A stretch of DNA of 64,000 nt from assembly GCA_024280375.1 (NCBI GenBank), contig JAJRQF010000054.1:1877-65876 (forward strand). The letters run 5' to 3'. Source of the DNA: Alphaproteobacteria bacterium. GTDB taxonomy: Bacteria > Pseudomonadota > Alphaproteobacteria > Rhizobiales > Rhizobiaceae. This document shows positions 1 to 9,727 of the stretch, in pieces (positions within the stretch are counted from its first letter, which is position 1; every line of letters starts with the position of its first letter). Under the pieces are notes generated by a model, which was given only the letters and a program-made list of their open reading frames with translations, made no database searches and was not told the origin of the DNA. Made by a program: the position numbers and the translations under genes.

Positions 1-49
1 AAAAGCCGTTGAACCTGTTGAAAATTGTGCAATACAAGGCGTCCTAACT

Positions 50-712
50 TTAAGATGAAATAGGCATGTCAGGAAACGCCAATTGATCGCGCTCACGCCA
101 TTCACTAGATACGTAGTTGACGATAATCGATCGGCGAACCCCGCTGATTTCCCGCCTTTCAAAGCCATGAAATGTATCATCAGCTGGCACAAAAACCAAT
201 GCCCCGTTTGAGTGAAATGGCGAACGCCCCACATGTTCTTTAGCAGAATTATAAATGTCAGTACCAAGATTGCTATGAGCAGGATCTTTCGATGTATAAA
301 GCAGCATAGTGAAAATCTTCACCCCAAGATCTGTATGCGGCTCCAACCAAAATCCACCAGTATCCAGAACATATTCAATGCGCAAATAGGACCCATCAAG
401 ATCAGCACCTGTTACATTTTCGATTTTAGAAATAATCTGGTCATCCTGCAAAGACTTAGCAAACACCTCACAACATTTGTATTTTTGTCGATTTTCCGCA
501 TTGAAGTATGTTCTGGTCGCATTGTGCAATTCGCGTTTGCCAGAAACACTGCTCAATTCCGGCGGTGTGATTGGTAACGCCAATATTTCTTCTAAAGTGT
601 CTTGCGCAATACAATTCGACATATTCCAATGTCGGAATGGTTTTTCAGTCGATTTTGCTTTTGTGAAACAATTCAGTAATGAGCTAACATTTGCCTTGAT
701 CGAGTTGCCCAA
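50..712 (-). CDS. 2OG-Fe(II) oxygenase superfamily protein
   Basis: 220-aa ORF with an HxD motif (EPHTDLG), a distal His (TFHGF) and an Arg-x-Ser region (RRSIIVNY), spaced like the 2OG/Fe(II) facial triad. Visibly AT-richer than its neighbours. Confidence 0.55.
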   Translation of the reverse strand: MGNSIKANVSSLLNCFTKAKSTEKPFRHWNMSNCIAQDTLEEILALPITPPELSSVSGKRELHNATRTYFNAENRQKYKCCEVFAKSLQDDQIISKIENVTGADLDGSYLRIEYVLDTGGFWLEPHTDLGVKIFTMLLYTSKDPAHSNLGTDIYNSAKEHVGRSPFHSNGALVFVPADDTFHGFERREISGVRRSIIVNYVSSEWRERDQLAFPDMPISS

Positions 713-793
713 TATTATTCCCCCCTTGTGGCAAACATTTAAACCAGAATGTTGCTGTACCGTTTGAAACCCGACGAGATACTATGGGAATTT

Positions 794-869
<76 letters not shown>

Positions 870-995
870 ATGCAGAAAATTAAAAATCAATTTTCATACG
901 ATGGCTGATATAGACCCGGCATTCAATTCTGTCCAGCACCCAATTACTCATATCACTCAAGGCTTATGAGAACCAACTGCCTAAACTGCTTCACA

Positions 996-1092
996 TTTAC
1001 ATGGAAGCATGTCAGGTCACGCATTGTGGCCCGGTGCTTATGCATCGCCCCAGCGGAGGCCGGGCGCAAGCTCGAATGGCCGTGAGCAAAAA
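996..1092. repeat. Intergenic repeat family, copy A (related to 18017..18166)
   Basis: Shares TTTACATGGAAGCA, then TGGCCCGGTGCTTATGCA-CGC-CC-GCGGAGGC-CGGGC-CAGCTC, then GCCGTGAGC-AAAA with the second copy. Contains the internal palindrome GCCCGG...CCGGGC. Confidence 0.7.
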
Positions 1093-1128
1093 TAAACTTG
1101 AGCGATTCCATCTAAAGATGAATCGCTC
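1087..1128 (-). terminator. Rho-independent terminator downstream of the DUF962 gene
   Basis: The minus strand reads GAGCGATTCATC-TTTA-GATGGAATCGCTC (one bulge) followed by AAGTTTATTTTTG. Confidence 0.55.
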
Positions 1129-1136
1129 CAAGGCAT

Positions 1137-1628
1137 TTAATAGTCGATGTTAAATCTGCGAAAAACAAACGCCATGAGCCAGGCCGGGCCAACCATTAGA
1201 AACTGAATATCTTTAAAAAATGATGGTTTCTTGCCCTCAACCCTGTGCCCATAAAATTGCGCAATCCAGGCAATTACAAACAAAATGAGTGCCATTTTCC
1301 AAAGCGCAAAAGAGCTTACAAGGGATTGATAAATCAAGATATCACCAATGCAGAACAGTGAGAAAACGAGCATCCCTATGGCCAGCGGCACCGACAGCAT
1401 CACATAATACACAACCATCAAAGCCAAACAGATTGTTGCCCAATTGACCATCGGCAATGATGCCATAAATGCAGGAACCGGAAGTGACCAAAGAAAAGCA
1501 ACAACTGTCCAAAATATCGTTGGAACCGCAATCCAGTGTATCATTTTATTGGTTGGGTTTTGATGACTTTCACCATACTCCGCCAACAACAAATCAATTG
1601 CCCTGTTCGATTGTAAAGTGTCACCCAT
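1137..1628 (-). CDS. DUF962 / Mpo1-like membrane protein
   Basis: 163 aa with multiple TM helices. Carries the N-terminal HQNPTNKMIHWIAVP and C-terminal GHRVEGKKPSFF motifs typical of DUF962. Confidence 0.65.
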   Translation of the reverse strand: MGDTLQSNRAIDLLLAEYGESHQNPTNKMIHWIAVPTIFWTVVAFLWSLPVPAFMASLPMVNWATICLALMVVYYVMLSVPLAIGMLVFSLFCIGDILIYQSLVSSFALWKMALILFVIAWIAQFYGHRVEGKKPSFFKDIQFLMVGPAWLMAFVFRRFNIDY

Positions 1629-1942
1629 GATAATTCTCCCGGTTTTTTCCAGCTTATCAATTTACCTGAAGAATGAACAGCCTGCGACATTTATCGCCAA
1701 AAAATCACATCAGGCAGTATTTTAATATAAATTGAACAACGGTCGACAGTTGAAACAACAAAATACATTTCTTGATGTTTTAATAGTTAATTTGAAGTTG
1801 TATTATTATTGTATATTATTAAAATACACAACAACAACATAATTTACCCAATGTTGTTCATATTTGTGACACCAATATTCCAGATTGCCAGGATATTGAT
1901 CTCTCACCGCAAAAAGCGGCCTATTGAAAAGTGGAGATCATC

Positions 1943-2209
1943 ATGAATATTTCAATCAATACCATGCTTAAAACCCTCATCGCATCAATTGCGATCGCAT
2001 TCGCTTTCGCAGCAACACCCGCACTGGCCGACTGCATGAAGGATATTGAAAGCGTTAAAACAATAGCACCGGACGCAGCTTTGTCGGACAAAGACAAAGA
2101 AAAAGTGGAAATGGCAACCAAAGCGGCCGCTGAAAAGCAGGCTGTAGGTGACGAAGATGGGTGTGTGGCAGAACTTATGGTCGCAAAAACGATCCTGAAA
2201 ATCCAATAA
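1943..2209 (+). CDS. Small secreted protein, unknown function
   Basis: GGAG lies 7 nt upstream of the ATG at 1943. Signal peptide ends ...AFAATPALA, and the mature part is Lys/Glu/Ala-rich with two Cys. Confidence 0.5.
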   Translation: MNISINTMLKTLIASIAIAFAFAATPALADCMKDIESVKTIAPDAALSDKDKEKVEMATKAAAEKQAVGDEDGCVAELMVAKTILKIQ

Positions 2210-2270
2210 GGATTACCTACAAGCACGGGGCGGCTCATAGCCGTCCCGGACCAGGTTTGATCAACTCAAA

Positions 2271-3026
2271 TCAGGATGCGAGTTTGTCAGAGAAGTACTC
2301 AAAAATCTCACCCAGCGCCTCTTCGGTTGGCGAGCCTTCCTGGTTTGAAAAATGCACGGTTAAAATGGCGTGTTTATCACCCTCTATTGTATTAAGTTTG
2401 ATGCGCTCCTGATCGTCATTAAACGCTTTGCCAATTGCATCAAATTTCGCCTGCGTACAAAGTTTGTCGCCTTTGAACCGATAGGCAAGCATCGGCCCAT
2501 GTTCTTCTAGCCGTTCGCGAACTTTTGCAATTTCCGCATCCGACATATGCAGCGCAGATTGCGCGAAAATCGGCAGTGAGGGCTGCGATGCAACGCCAGC
2601 CAACACCGCGTCATCGGCCATAAGGGAGATCGCAAAATTGCCCGTGAGGCACATGCCTATCACCCCGACGCCGGATACTTTATACTTGTCCCGGCAATCC
2701 TGACAAAGCGCCTTGAGCCATTCAACGATGGGGCTTGATTTGTTTTTGGCAAATATAGAAAACTCTCGTCGCATGCAGAATATACGCGCAATATTTCCGG
2801 CAAATGATAAACGACCCAGCGGTCCAAAAAGGTGCGGCATGACCACACGAAACCCCTTCTCCACAAAACGGTCGGCCAGCCTGAGGGTTTCCATGCCAAT
2901 TCCAGGAAGCTCCTGAATGAGCACCACAACAGGCCCCTCACCTTTGGTATAAACATCAAATGTCGCGGGCTTTCCATCAATTGCATTGGATGAAAATTGC
3001 GACTTTTCAAATCCTTTGATCATCAT
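2271..3026 (-). CDS. Dienelactone hydrolase family protein
   Basis: 251 aa with an alpha/beta-hydrolase layout and the nucleophile motif GMCLTG (Cys-type, as in DLH). Confidence 0.8.
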   Translation of the reverse strand: MMIKGFEKSQFSSNAIDGKPATFDVYTKGEGPVVVLIQELPGIGMETLRLADRFVEKGFRVVMPHLFGPLGRLSFAGNIARIFCMRREFSIFAKNKSSPIVEWLKALCQDCRDKYKVSGVGVIGMCLTGNFAISLMADDAVLAGVASQPSLPIFAQSALHMSDAEIAKVRERLEEHGPMLAYRFKGDKLCTQAKFDAIGKAFNDDQERIKLNTIEGDKHAILTVHFSNQEGSPTEEALGEIFEYFSDKLAS

Positions 3027-3107
3027 TATCTCCCCAGTATTGCTTGACCCACAATCACAGCATAGGATGGCCAGCCATCAGCCACAGCAGGCCACCGATA
3101 AAATCGT

Positions 3108-3683
3108 TTATTGGCTTAGAACTTTCTGCAGCGTAAATACGCCGCGCATCTGACCCGCTTTAAATCCACGCGCCTGATCGTCAGGATAATGCTCTTTCAA
3201 AACAGCCACAGTTTCAGCAGATACAGATTTACCGCCGTGGCATTTCAGGCACAAGCCACCGGTTGGAATGGCTTTGACCATGCGAAAAATCTTCTTGCCG
3301 TCCTCTTCAACGATCGCAGTTTTCACCAGATCAACAGCCTTTTCACCACTTTGTTCACGGGCGAGAAAATCCTCAATCGCAGCACGGGTAAAGTCATCTG
3401 GCGCATTTGCAGGATTACGCAATTTATGGCTTGAGCGCGCAACAATCCATCCCTTGTCAGCCGATACTTTGCTGGCAATTTCCGGGGCAGCAATATTGCA
3501 AACTTTTACGGCCTTGGTCGGGCCGCCAGATTTCATCGCACCAACAAGTTCTTTCTTCAGCGTACCCGCAAAGGCTTTAATGACGCCCTTGCCTTCCATC
3601 GCCAGGCTTTTCATGTCTTCAGCCATTACAGGCCCTGCAAAGATTGAGCAAACGGCGAACGCCGCAATCAATTTGGTTTTCAT
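3108..3683 (-). CDS. Periplasmic c-type haem protein, DUF3365 (Tll0287-like)
   Basis: Signal peptide (…GPVMA), a single CLKCH haem-c motif and the C-terminal GVFTL pattern of DUF3365. Confidence 0.65.
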   Translation of the reverse strand: MKTKLIAAFAVCSIFAGPVMAEDMKSLAMEGKGVIKAFAGTLKKELVGAMKSGGPTKAVKVCNIAAPEIASKVSADKGWIVARSSHKLRNPANAPDDFTRAAIEDFLAREQSGEKAVDLVKTAIVEEDGKKIFRMVKAIPTGGLCLKCHGGKSVSAETVAVLKEHYPDDQARGFKAGQMRGVFTLQKVLSQ

Positions 3684-3741
3684 ATTTCACTCTCCTGTTG
3701 TTTTCATCTAGCTATTCTTGTTTTTTCCCGGCTCATCAAGG

Positions 3742-4641
3742 TCATTGGCTGATTGTTCCGCGTGCAACCTCAACAACATCGCCTCCAATCATTGCCTGAT
3801 CAAGGCGCCCCTGGCGCATCTCAAGTACCAGATTTATCAAAGATGGGCGCCCCATTTCATACCCTTGCTCAATGACAATTCTATGGCTCCCGTCAGCAAG
3901 ACTATCATTTTGCTGCACAATACCCGCAAATGCAGCAACGGCAGAACCCGTTGCCGGGTCTTCGCGAACCCCTGCCCCCGGCCAGAACATTCTGGCATGA
4001 TATTGATGGGATGCATCTTCGCATTCGCGGCAATACACAAATGCATTATTATGGTGCCCTTCACCAAATGCCTTTGCCCATATAGCCCCGTTTGGTTCAA
4101 TTTTTCGAACCGCCTCAATTGAAGAGACCGGGATCAAACTATAGGGAACGCCGCCCGACCACTGTTGCGGCCTGTGATTTTCAAACCCGATGTCGGAAAC
4201 CGAAAGCCCTAATGCATCGGCGATAATATTAACCGATCCACACTCGCCCACACATTCCGGCAATTGCGGCATTGTAAATTGAGAATAGGAGGTGTTCTCG
4301 CCAATTTCTACGCGGCATTGAACCGGGCCGATTTCTTCTTCCAGAACAATATTGATATCATCGCCATCGGCAAAATATTCGCGCGCCAGCAATGTGGCGG
4401 TGCCAACTGTCGGATGACCGGCAAATGGCAATTCATGCTGGGGCGTGAAAATCCGGATACTGGCTGACTTATTTTGCCGATCAACCGATGTCACAAACAC
4501 AGTTTCTGACAAGTTGAACTCACCGGCAATCTTTTGCATCACATCATCATCGAGCTCTGCGCCATCCAACACCACCGCAAGTGGATTACCGGCAAACCTT
4601 TGCCGGGCAAACACATCCAATATCACATAGCGACGATCCAT
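3742..4641 (-). CDS. PhzF family isomerase
   Basis: 299 aa. The N-terminus (ILDVFA…FAGNPLAVV…MQKIAGEFNLSETVFV) is typical of PhzF/YddE. Confidence 0.85.
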   Translation of the reverse strand: MDRRYVILDVFARQRFAGNPLAVVLDGAELDDDVMQKIAGEFNLSETVFVTSVDRQNKSASIRIFTPQHELPFAGHPTVGTATLLAREYFADGDDINIVLEEEIGPVQCRVEIGENTSYSQFTMPQLPECVGECGSVNIIADALGLSVSDIGFENHRPQQWSGGVPYSLIPVSSIEAVRKIEPNGAIWAKAFGEGHHNNAFVYCRECEDASHQYHARMFWPGAGVREDPATGSAVAAFAGIVQQNDSLADGSHRIVIEQGYEMGRPSLINLVLEMRQGRLDQAMIGGDVVEVARGTISQ

Positions 4642-4655
4642 AAATTACTGCTCCA

Positions 4656-5909
4656 CTATAATAATTTTGGATCAACAAATCGTTCAACCACCGCTTTAAC
4701 AGTCAACCCCTGAATGACGATTGAAAACAGCACCACCGCATAGGTCGCGATTAATATCAGCGACTTTTCCGGGATATCCGGCAATGACAGCGCCAAGGCG
4801 ACCGATATGCCCCCGCGCAACCCTCCCCAGGTGAGCACCGGAATTGCACCACTATCAAAAGTTTGCCGGATCGACAGCAATAAAATTGGCAGGGAAACAG
4901 AAATATAGCGAGCCGCCAATGCGAGAGGAATGGTGGCGACTGCCACAAACGCAAAGGATGGCTCCATTTTCAATATCAGTATCTCAAGCCCGATCAACAG
5001 GAAAAGTACCGAGTTCAATATCTCGTCGATCATTTGCCAAAAGCCAAACAGATGATTGCGGGTAACTTCGCTCATGCCATAACGTGCACCGTGATTACCA
5101 ATGAACAGACCGGCAATGACAACCGCAATAGGGCCGGAAAGATGAAAACGCTGCGCCAGCGCATAGGTGCCAGCAACGACACCAAGTGTCACAAGTATTT
5201 CCAGTGAGTATTCATCGATTGTTGCAATGGCTTTGTAGGCCAGCCAACCGGTTGCAAACCCCAATACCGCACCACCGATAGCCTCAACAAAGAACAATTC
5301 CGCCACATGGCTTATTTCCAGATCGGCAGTACCGGCTGCAATCGCCACCAGTATTGTGAAGAGAACAACCCCAACACCATCATTGAACAGGGATTCTCCA
5401 GCAATTTTCGCCTCAATCGAATGCGGCACATTTACTGATTTCAACAAGCTCAATACGGCCACCGGATCTGTTGGCGAAATCAACGCACCAAACACCAGCG
5501 CCCACAAAAATGGCACCTGAAGCCCCAGCAATCCGGTTACCAGCCAAAACCCTGTGCCAATCAACGCGGTAGAAATCAGAATCCCGCCCGTCGCCATCAA
5601 CCCGATTGCCCAGCGTTGATCGCGTAAATAGGCAATATCCACATGCAATGCACCGGCAAACAGCAAAAATGCCAACATGCCCTCCATCACTGTCGAATAA
5701 AAATCGATTTGCCCGATTACCGCCTGCAAAGTATCTGTGATCCCAACCGACGGAATGAAATACTCGAGCAACAGCAAAGATATAGATGCCACCAGCGCCA
5801 TCAGCAAAAGGCCAATGGTATGCGGCAGTTTAAGCAGATAATTGTTAAACCAGCCAAAAAACGCCGAAAGCGCAAGCAGCATTGCGGCAATTTCAAAAAT
5901 TGAGAGCAT
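4656..5909 (-). CDS. Cation:proton antiporter (CPA1/NhaP-type Na+/H+ exchanger)
   Basis: 417 aa, polytopic, with the SPTDPV and ESLFNDG motifs of Na+/H+ exchangers. Confidence 0.85.
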   Translation of the reverse strand: MLSIFEIAAMLLALSAFFGWFNNYLLKLPHTIGLLLMALVASISLLLLEYFIPSVGITDTLQAVIGQIDFYSTVMEGMLAFLLFAGALHVDIAYLRDQRWAIGLMATGGILISTALIGTGFWLVTGLLGLQVPFLWALVFGALISPTDPVAVLSLLKSVNVPHSIEAKIAGESLFNDGVGVVLFTILVAIAAGTADLEISHVAELFFVEAIGGAVLGFATGWLAYKAIATIDEYSLEILVTLGVVAGTYALAQRFHLSGPIAVVIAGLFIGNHGARYGMSEVTRNHLFGFWQMIDEILNSVLFLLIGLEILILKMEPSFAFVAVATIPLALAARYISVSLPILLLSIRQTFDSGAIPVLTWGGLRGGISVALALSLPDIPEKSLILIATYAVVLFSIVIQGLTVKAVVERFVDPKLL

Positions 5910-5980
5910 AAATCAATATTCCTGTTGGTGGTTCACCGGGCATTAGCAACGCAATTACCGTGAACCGAAGATGTAAGACC

Positions 5981-6248
5981 TAGGGTCAGGGCCCATTAAT
6001 TTCATCCATTCTGCGCTGGTTAATTTGATTGCTGAACAGAAGGAGTATCGCAGGCAATATCAATATTTTCAAGATATTACGACGTATTCAGCAATCAAAT
6101 TAACCGCGCCCAAAGGGTTTGGAGATAAGCATCCGCCTGATCGCAACAAATGCTCGAAAAGATCCCGATCTGCCCTTGCGCTTCGTTACAACCATTCGAA
6201 TACTTCTTTCCAAACAGAATTGTGTGAGATTAATAGGTCCTGACCCTA
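5981..6248. mobile_element. MITE-like element: 18/20-matching terminal inverted repeats, TA at both ends, internal 19-bp perfect hairpin
   Basis: 5981-6000 TAGGGTCAGGGCCCATTAAT pairs with the reverse complement of 6229-6248, TAGGGTCAGGACCTATTAAT. Internal arms are 6018-6036 GGTTAATTTGATTGCTGAA and 6087-6105 TTCAGCAATCAAATTAACC. No credible coding capacity. Confidence 0.45.
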
Positions 6249-7358
6249 AATCATATCCAGCGAAATCACCACCGGGCAGTGATCACTGGCCTTGGGTCTG
6301 TCCCAGCCCGTGCGGGGGTAGCGTTCTACTTCCTGCCCCTTTGGAAAGGGCGTGCGCCACGGTTGGCCAGAACGGATAATTTCAGGCTTTGCATTGGCAT
6401 TAAGGCGGGCAAGCGAGGGAGATGCCAAAATATAATCCAACTGGCAAAGATGGCGTTCTTTCAGCCCGCGCGAGTGAAACAACGTCCACTGGTTGTCATC
6501 AGGCCGCCGCTCCATCAAATTGACGCAAAAATCTCCATCAAGCAGTGGGTCAACACCGCTGTGCTCAGATTTAACATAGTCAAAATCAAAGCCCTTTTGC
6601 CGATCACCGGAGATGACCAAACGCGAGGGATAGTCATTTAAATCACCACAAATCAGCCACCTTTTATTGGCGGTTTTTCCTTTGCCAAATCGACGTTCAA
6701 TAATTTTGCGCACCCCGGCTGCCTCAGCCTGGCGGACTGGCATGGTATAATCGCGCCCAACAACATTGCGCTTATAGGTTCCCATTGATTTGAAATGCGA
6801 AACATAAAGCGTTAACGGGCGACCACCAATCTTGAAATCAATCTCCAGACAATCGCGCCTGAATATTTTTTCATGCTTTTTTTCTCCCACCTCTTTCAAT
6901 GCAGAATTATAGATATCCAGATCTTCATAGGTAAGTTTTGCATGGCTGGTTGCCCTGATGAACTCGATTTCTTCGCCGCTGGCGGTTTGCTCCTGCGCCA
7001 TGACAGCCACATCAATGCCACGCGAATCATTGCCCTCTATCAGAAACTTCTGTCGGTAGCCTTTGCCGGTCATCTTATACAGATAGCCATATTCAAAGGC
7101 TTCCAGAGCATGCAAATTTTCTACTTCCTGCAGGCAAATTATATCGGCAAAAGTATCGGCAATCGCAAGCGCTGTCATCTGACGGGTGTCATCAGCGTGG
7201 GCAATGACGCGGGCGCGCTCCAACTCACGATACTGGCTTTCGCTCTCCACTTTCATCATCGCAATGGTTCGGTCGCGATGGCGTTCGTTTGTAAACCCTG
7301 AGAAATCAAATCGGGCCATGAGGTTCTCGACATTGAATGTGGCAATTCGCAAAGTCAT
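6246..7358 (-). CDS. Endonuclease/exonuclease/phosphatase (EEP) family protein
   Basis: The N-terminal LRIATFNVENL and C-terminal SDHCPV motifs are characteristic of EEP. Start moved to Met28 of the ORF (MTLRIATFNV). Confidence 0.75.
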   Translation of the reverse strand: MTLRIATFNVENLMARFDFSGFTNERHRDRTIAMMKVESESQYRELERARVIAHADDTRQMTALAIADTFADIICLQEVENLHALEAFEYGYLYKMTGKGYRQKFLIEGNDSRGIDVAVMAQEQTASGEEIEFIRATSHAKLTYEDLDIYNSALKEVGEKKHEKIFRRDCLEIDFKIGGRPLTLYVSHFKSMGTYKRNVVGRDYTMPVRQAEAAGVRKIIERRFGKGKTANKRWLICGDLNDYPSRLVISGDRQKGFDFDYVKSEHSGVDPLLDGDFCVNLMERRPDDNQWTLFHSRGLKERHLCQLDYILASPSLARLNANAKPEIIRSGQPWRTPFPKGQEVERYPRTGWDRPKASDHCPVVISLDMI

Positions 7359-7597
7359 TTGGTCAAATTTTCCAATTCGGGAAAATACCCGATTATACAA
7401 TTCAAGCTTTATGCGGATAAAGCAGATCCAATGCAACAAATGGTGCGCTACAAAAATTTGCTGCCGGTTTTAGGCTCCAAACCCTAAATGTGTCCAATAG
7501 CACATACCAAGTGAATCGATGCCGTTAGATTAAGGCCAACAACAAACAGCACGTGAATACTGAGGGGCTGCTTGTAGACTTAATAAGGAGAAAAATT

Positions 7598-7888
7598 ATG
7601 AGACTGCCATCTGCCAGTAAATTAACATCGGCGAGCCTTGCGGCCATTTTGGCAACATTCTTTGTATTGTCATCATTTGTAACGGCTGATGCACATTATC
7701 GCCGTTATCGTCATCACCATCGCGGTGGTGCTGTTGCTGCCGGCATTATAGCTGGCGCAATCATTGGCGGCGCGATTGTCGCCGGTTCACGCGCCACACG
7801 CCACGGGCATCGCCATTGTCATCGCAATAGCAGAGGCCGGATTTATAAATGCCACACCCATCGCCATAACCGTCGTCATCATAGATAG
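7598..7888 (+). CDS. Secreted His/Arg-rich glycine-zipper protein (paralogue of the N-terminal part of 8107..8529)
   Basis: AAGGAG lies upstream of the ATG at 7598. Signal peptide ends …VTADA, followed by the glycine zipper GGAVAAGIIAGAIIGGAIVAG and a His/Arg/Cys-rich tail. Confidence 0.6.
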   Translation: MRLPSASKLTSASLAAILATFFVLSSFVTADAHYRRYRHHHRGGAVAAGIIAGAIIGGAIVAGSRATRHGHRHCHRNSRGRIYKCHTHRHNRRHHR

Positions 7889-7931
7889 GCGCAGGTGAAC
7901 ACGATTAAATTGATCTCGCAAATTGCGGGGC

Positions 7932-8000
7932 TTAGGACCTGTTGATAAACTGGATTTGGACTCGCGCCGCGCCCGAAACCAATTTGTCAGCAGGTCCTAA
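7932..8000. repeat. Long imperfect hairpin between the two His-rich genes
   Basis: TTAGGACCTGTTGATAAA pairs with ATTTGTCAGCAGGTCCTAA across a loop of about 32 nt. Confidence 0.5.
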
Positions 8001-8106
8001 TCTTTCAATTAACTTCAAATTATCAATTTTTGACGTTATGCCTTGCACTTAGCGGCAATCAGGGTAACAATTGATAAATGAAGGGGATTTTGGAAAGGAT
8101 TGATAA

Positions 8107-8529
8107 ATGAAAAAATTTCTGTCCCTGTCTTTGGCAACATTACTTGCCGGGACAATGGTCGTGCTTTCATTCAGCGAAGCTGATGCGAGGCACAGAAGAT
8201 GGCACGGGGGCACCGCAGCCGGTGTTGCCGCAGGTATCATTGGTGGTGCTATTATTGGCGGCGCAATTGCAAACTCCAGTCGACGGTCACGCAATCGTCA
8301 TTGCCACGCGGGATATTGCCATTCGCATAGCTATCGATATAGCAACCATCGGCATAGACCAGTCGTCTATGATCCACCGCCACGCCGCAGAGCTCCTGTA
8401 AGGCGCAGCTATGGCAGTGATGCCCATGAAGAATGGTGCTTTGATCGTTATCGCTCTTACCGCGCCTACGACAACACCTACCAACCTTATCGTGGCGGAC
8501 GCCGGTATTGCCGCTCACCTTACGGTTAA
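8107..8529 (+). CDS. BA14K-family protein with glycine zipper and His/Arg-rich region
   Basis: Signal peptide (…SEADA), the zipper AAGVAAGIIGGAIIGGAI, and a C-terminal WCFDRYRSYRAYDNTYQPYRGGRRYCRSPY that matches the BA14K domain pattern. Confidence 0.8.
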   Translation: MKKFLSLSLATLLAGTMVVLSFSEADARHRRWHGGTAAGVAAGIIGGAIIGGAIANSSRRSRNRHCHAGYCHSHSYRYSNHRHRPVVYDPPPRRRAPVRRSYGSDAHEEWCFDRYRSYRAYDNTYQPYRGGRRYCRSPYG

Positions 8530-8550
8530 GCAAAGATACAATTTAAAACA

Positions 8551-8583
8551 AAAAGGCCGTCTCATGTGAGGCGGCCTTTTTTG
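8551..8583. terminator. Bidirectional rho-independent terminator (BA14K gene / ilvC)
   Basis: AAAA-GGCCGTCTC-ATGT-GAGGCGGCC-TTTTTT: a 9-bp stem flanked by an A-run and a T-run. Confidence 0.75.
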
Positions 8584-8594
8584 TGTTTACCCGC

Positions 8595-8666
8595 GCTCCC
8601 CGCAGCGAAGCGAGGAAGCGCGAATCGTAAAACAAACTCCCCGCAGCAAAGCGAGGGAGCGCAATT
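8595..8666. repeat. Two ~31-bp REP-like direct repeats in the ilvC 3' region
   Basis: GCTCCCCGCAGCGAAGCGAGGAAGCGCGAAT (8595-8625) and ACTCCCCGCAGCAAAGCGAGGGAGCGCAATT (8636-8666). Each can form an imperfect hairpin. Confidence 0.55.
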
Positions 8667-8682
8667 GAACGAGATCCTTGGA

Positions 8683-9714
<1,032 letters not shown>

Positions 9715-9727
9715 TCAGTTGGTTAAG

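Noticed and set aside
6025-6243. 72-aa ORF inside the MITE-like element
   Set aside because: It has a TTG start, spans the hairpin arms, has odd composition and no recognisable family. It is most likely non-coding.
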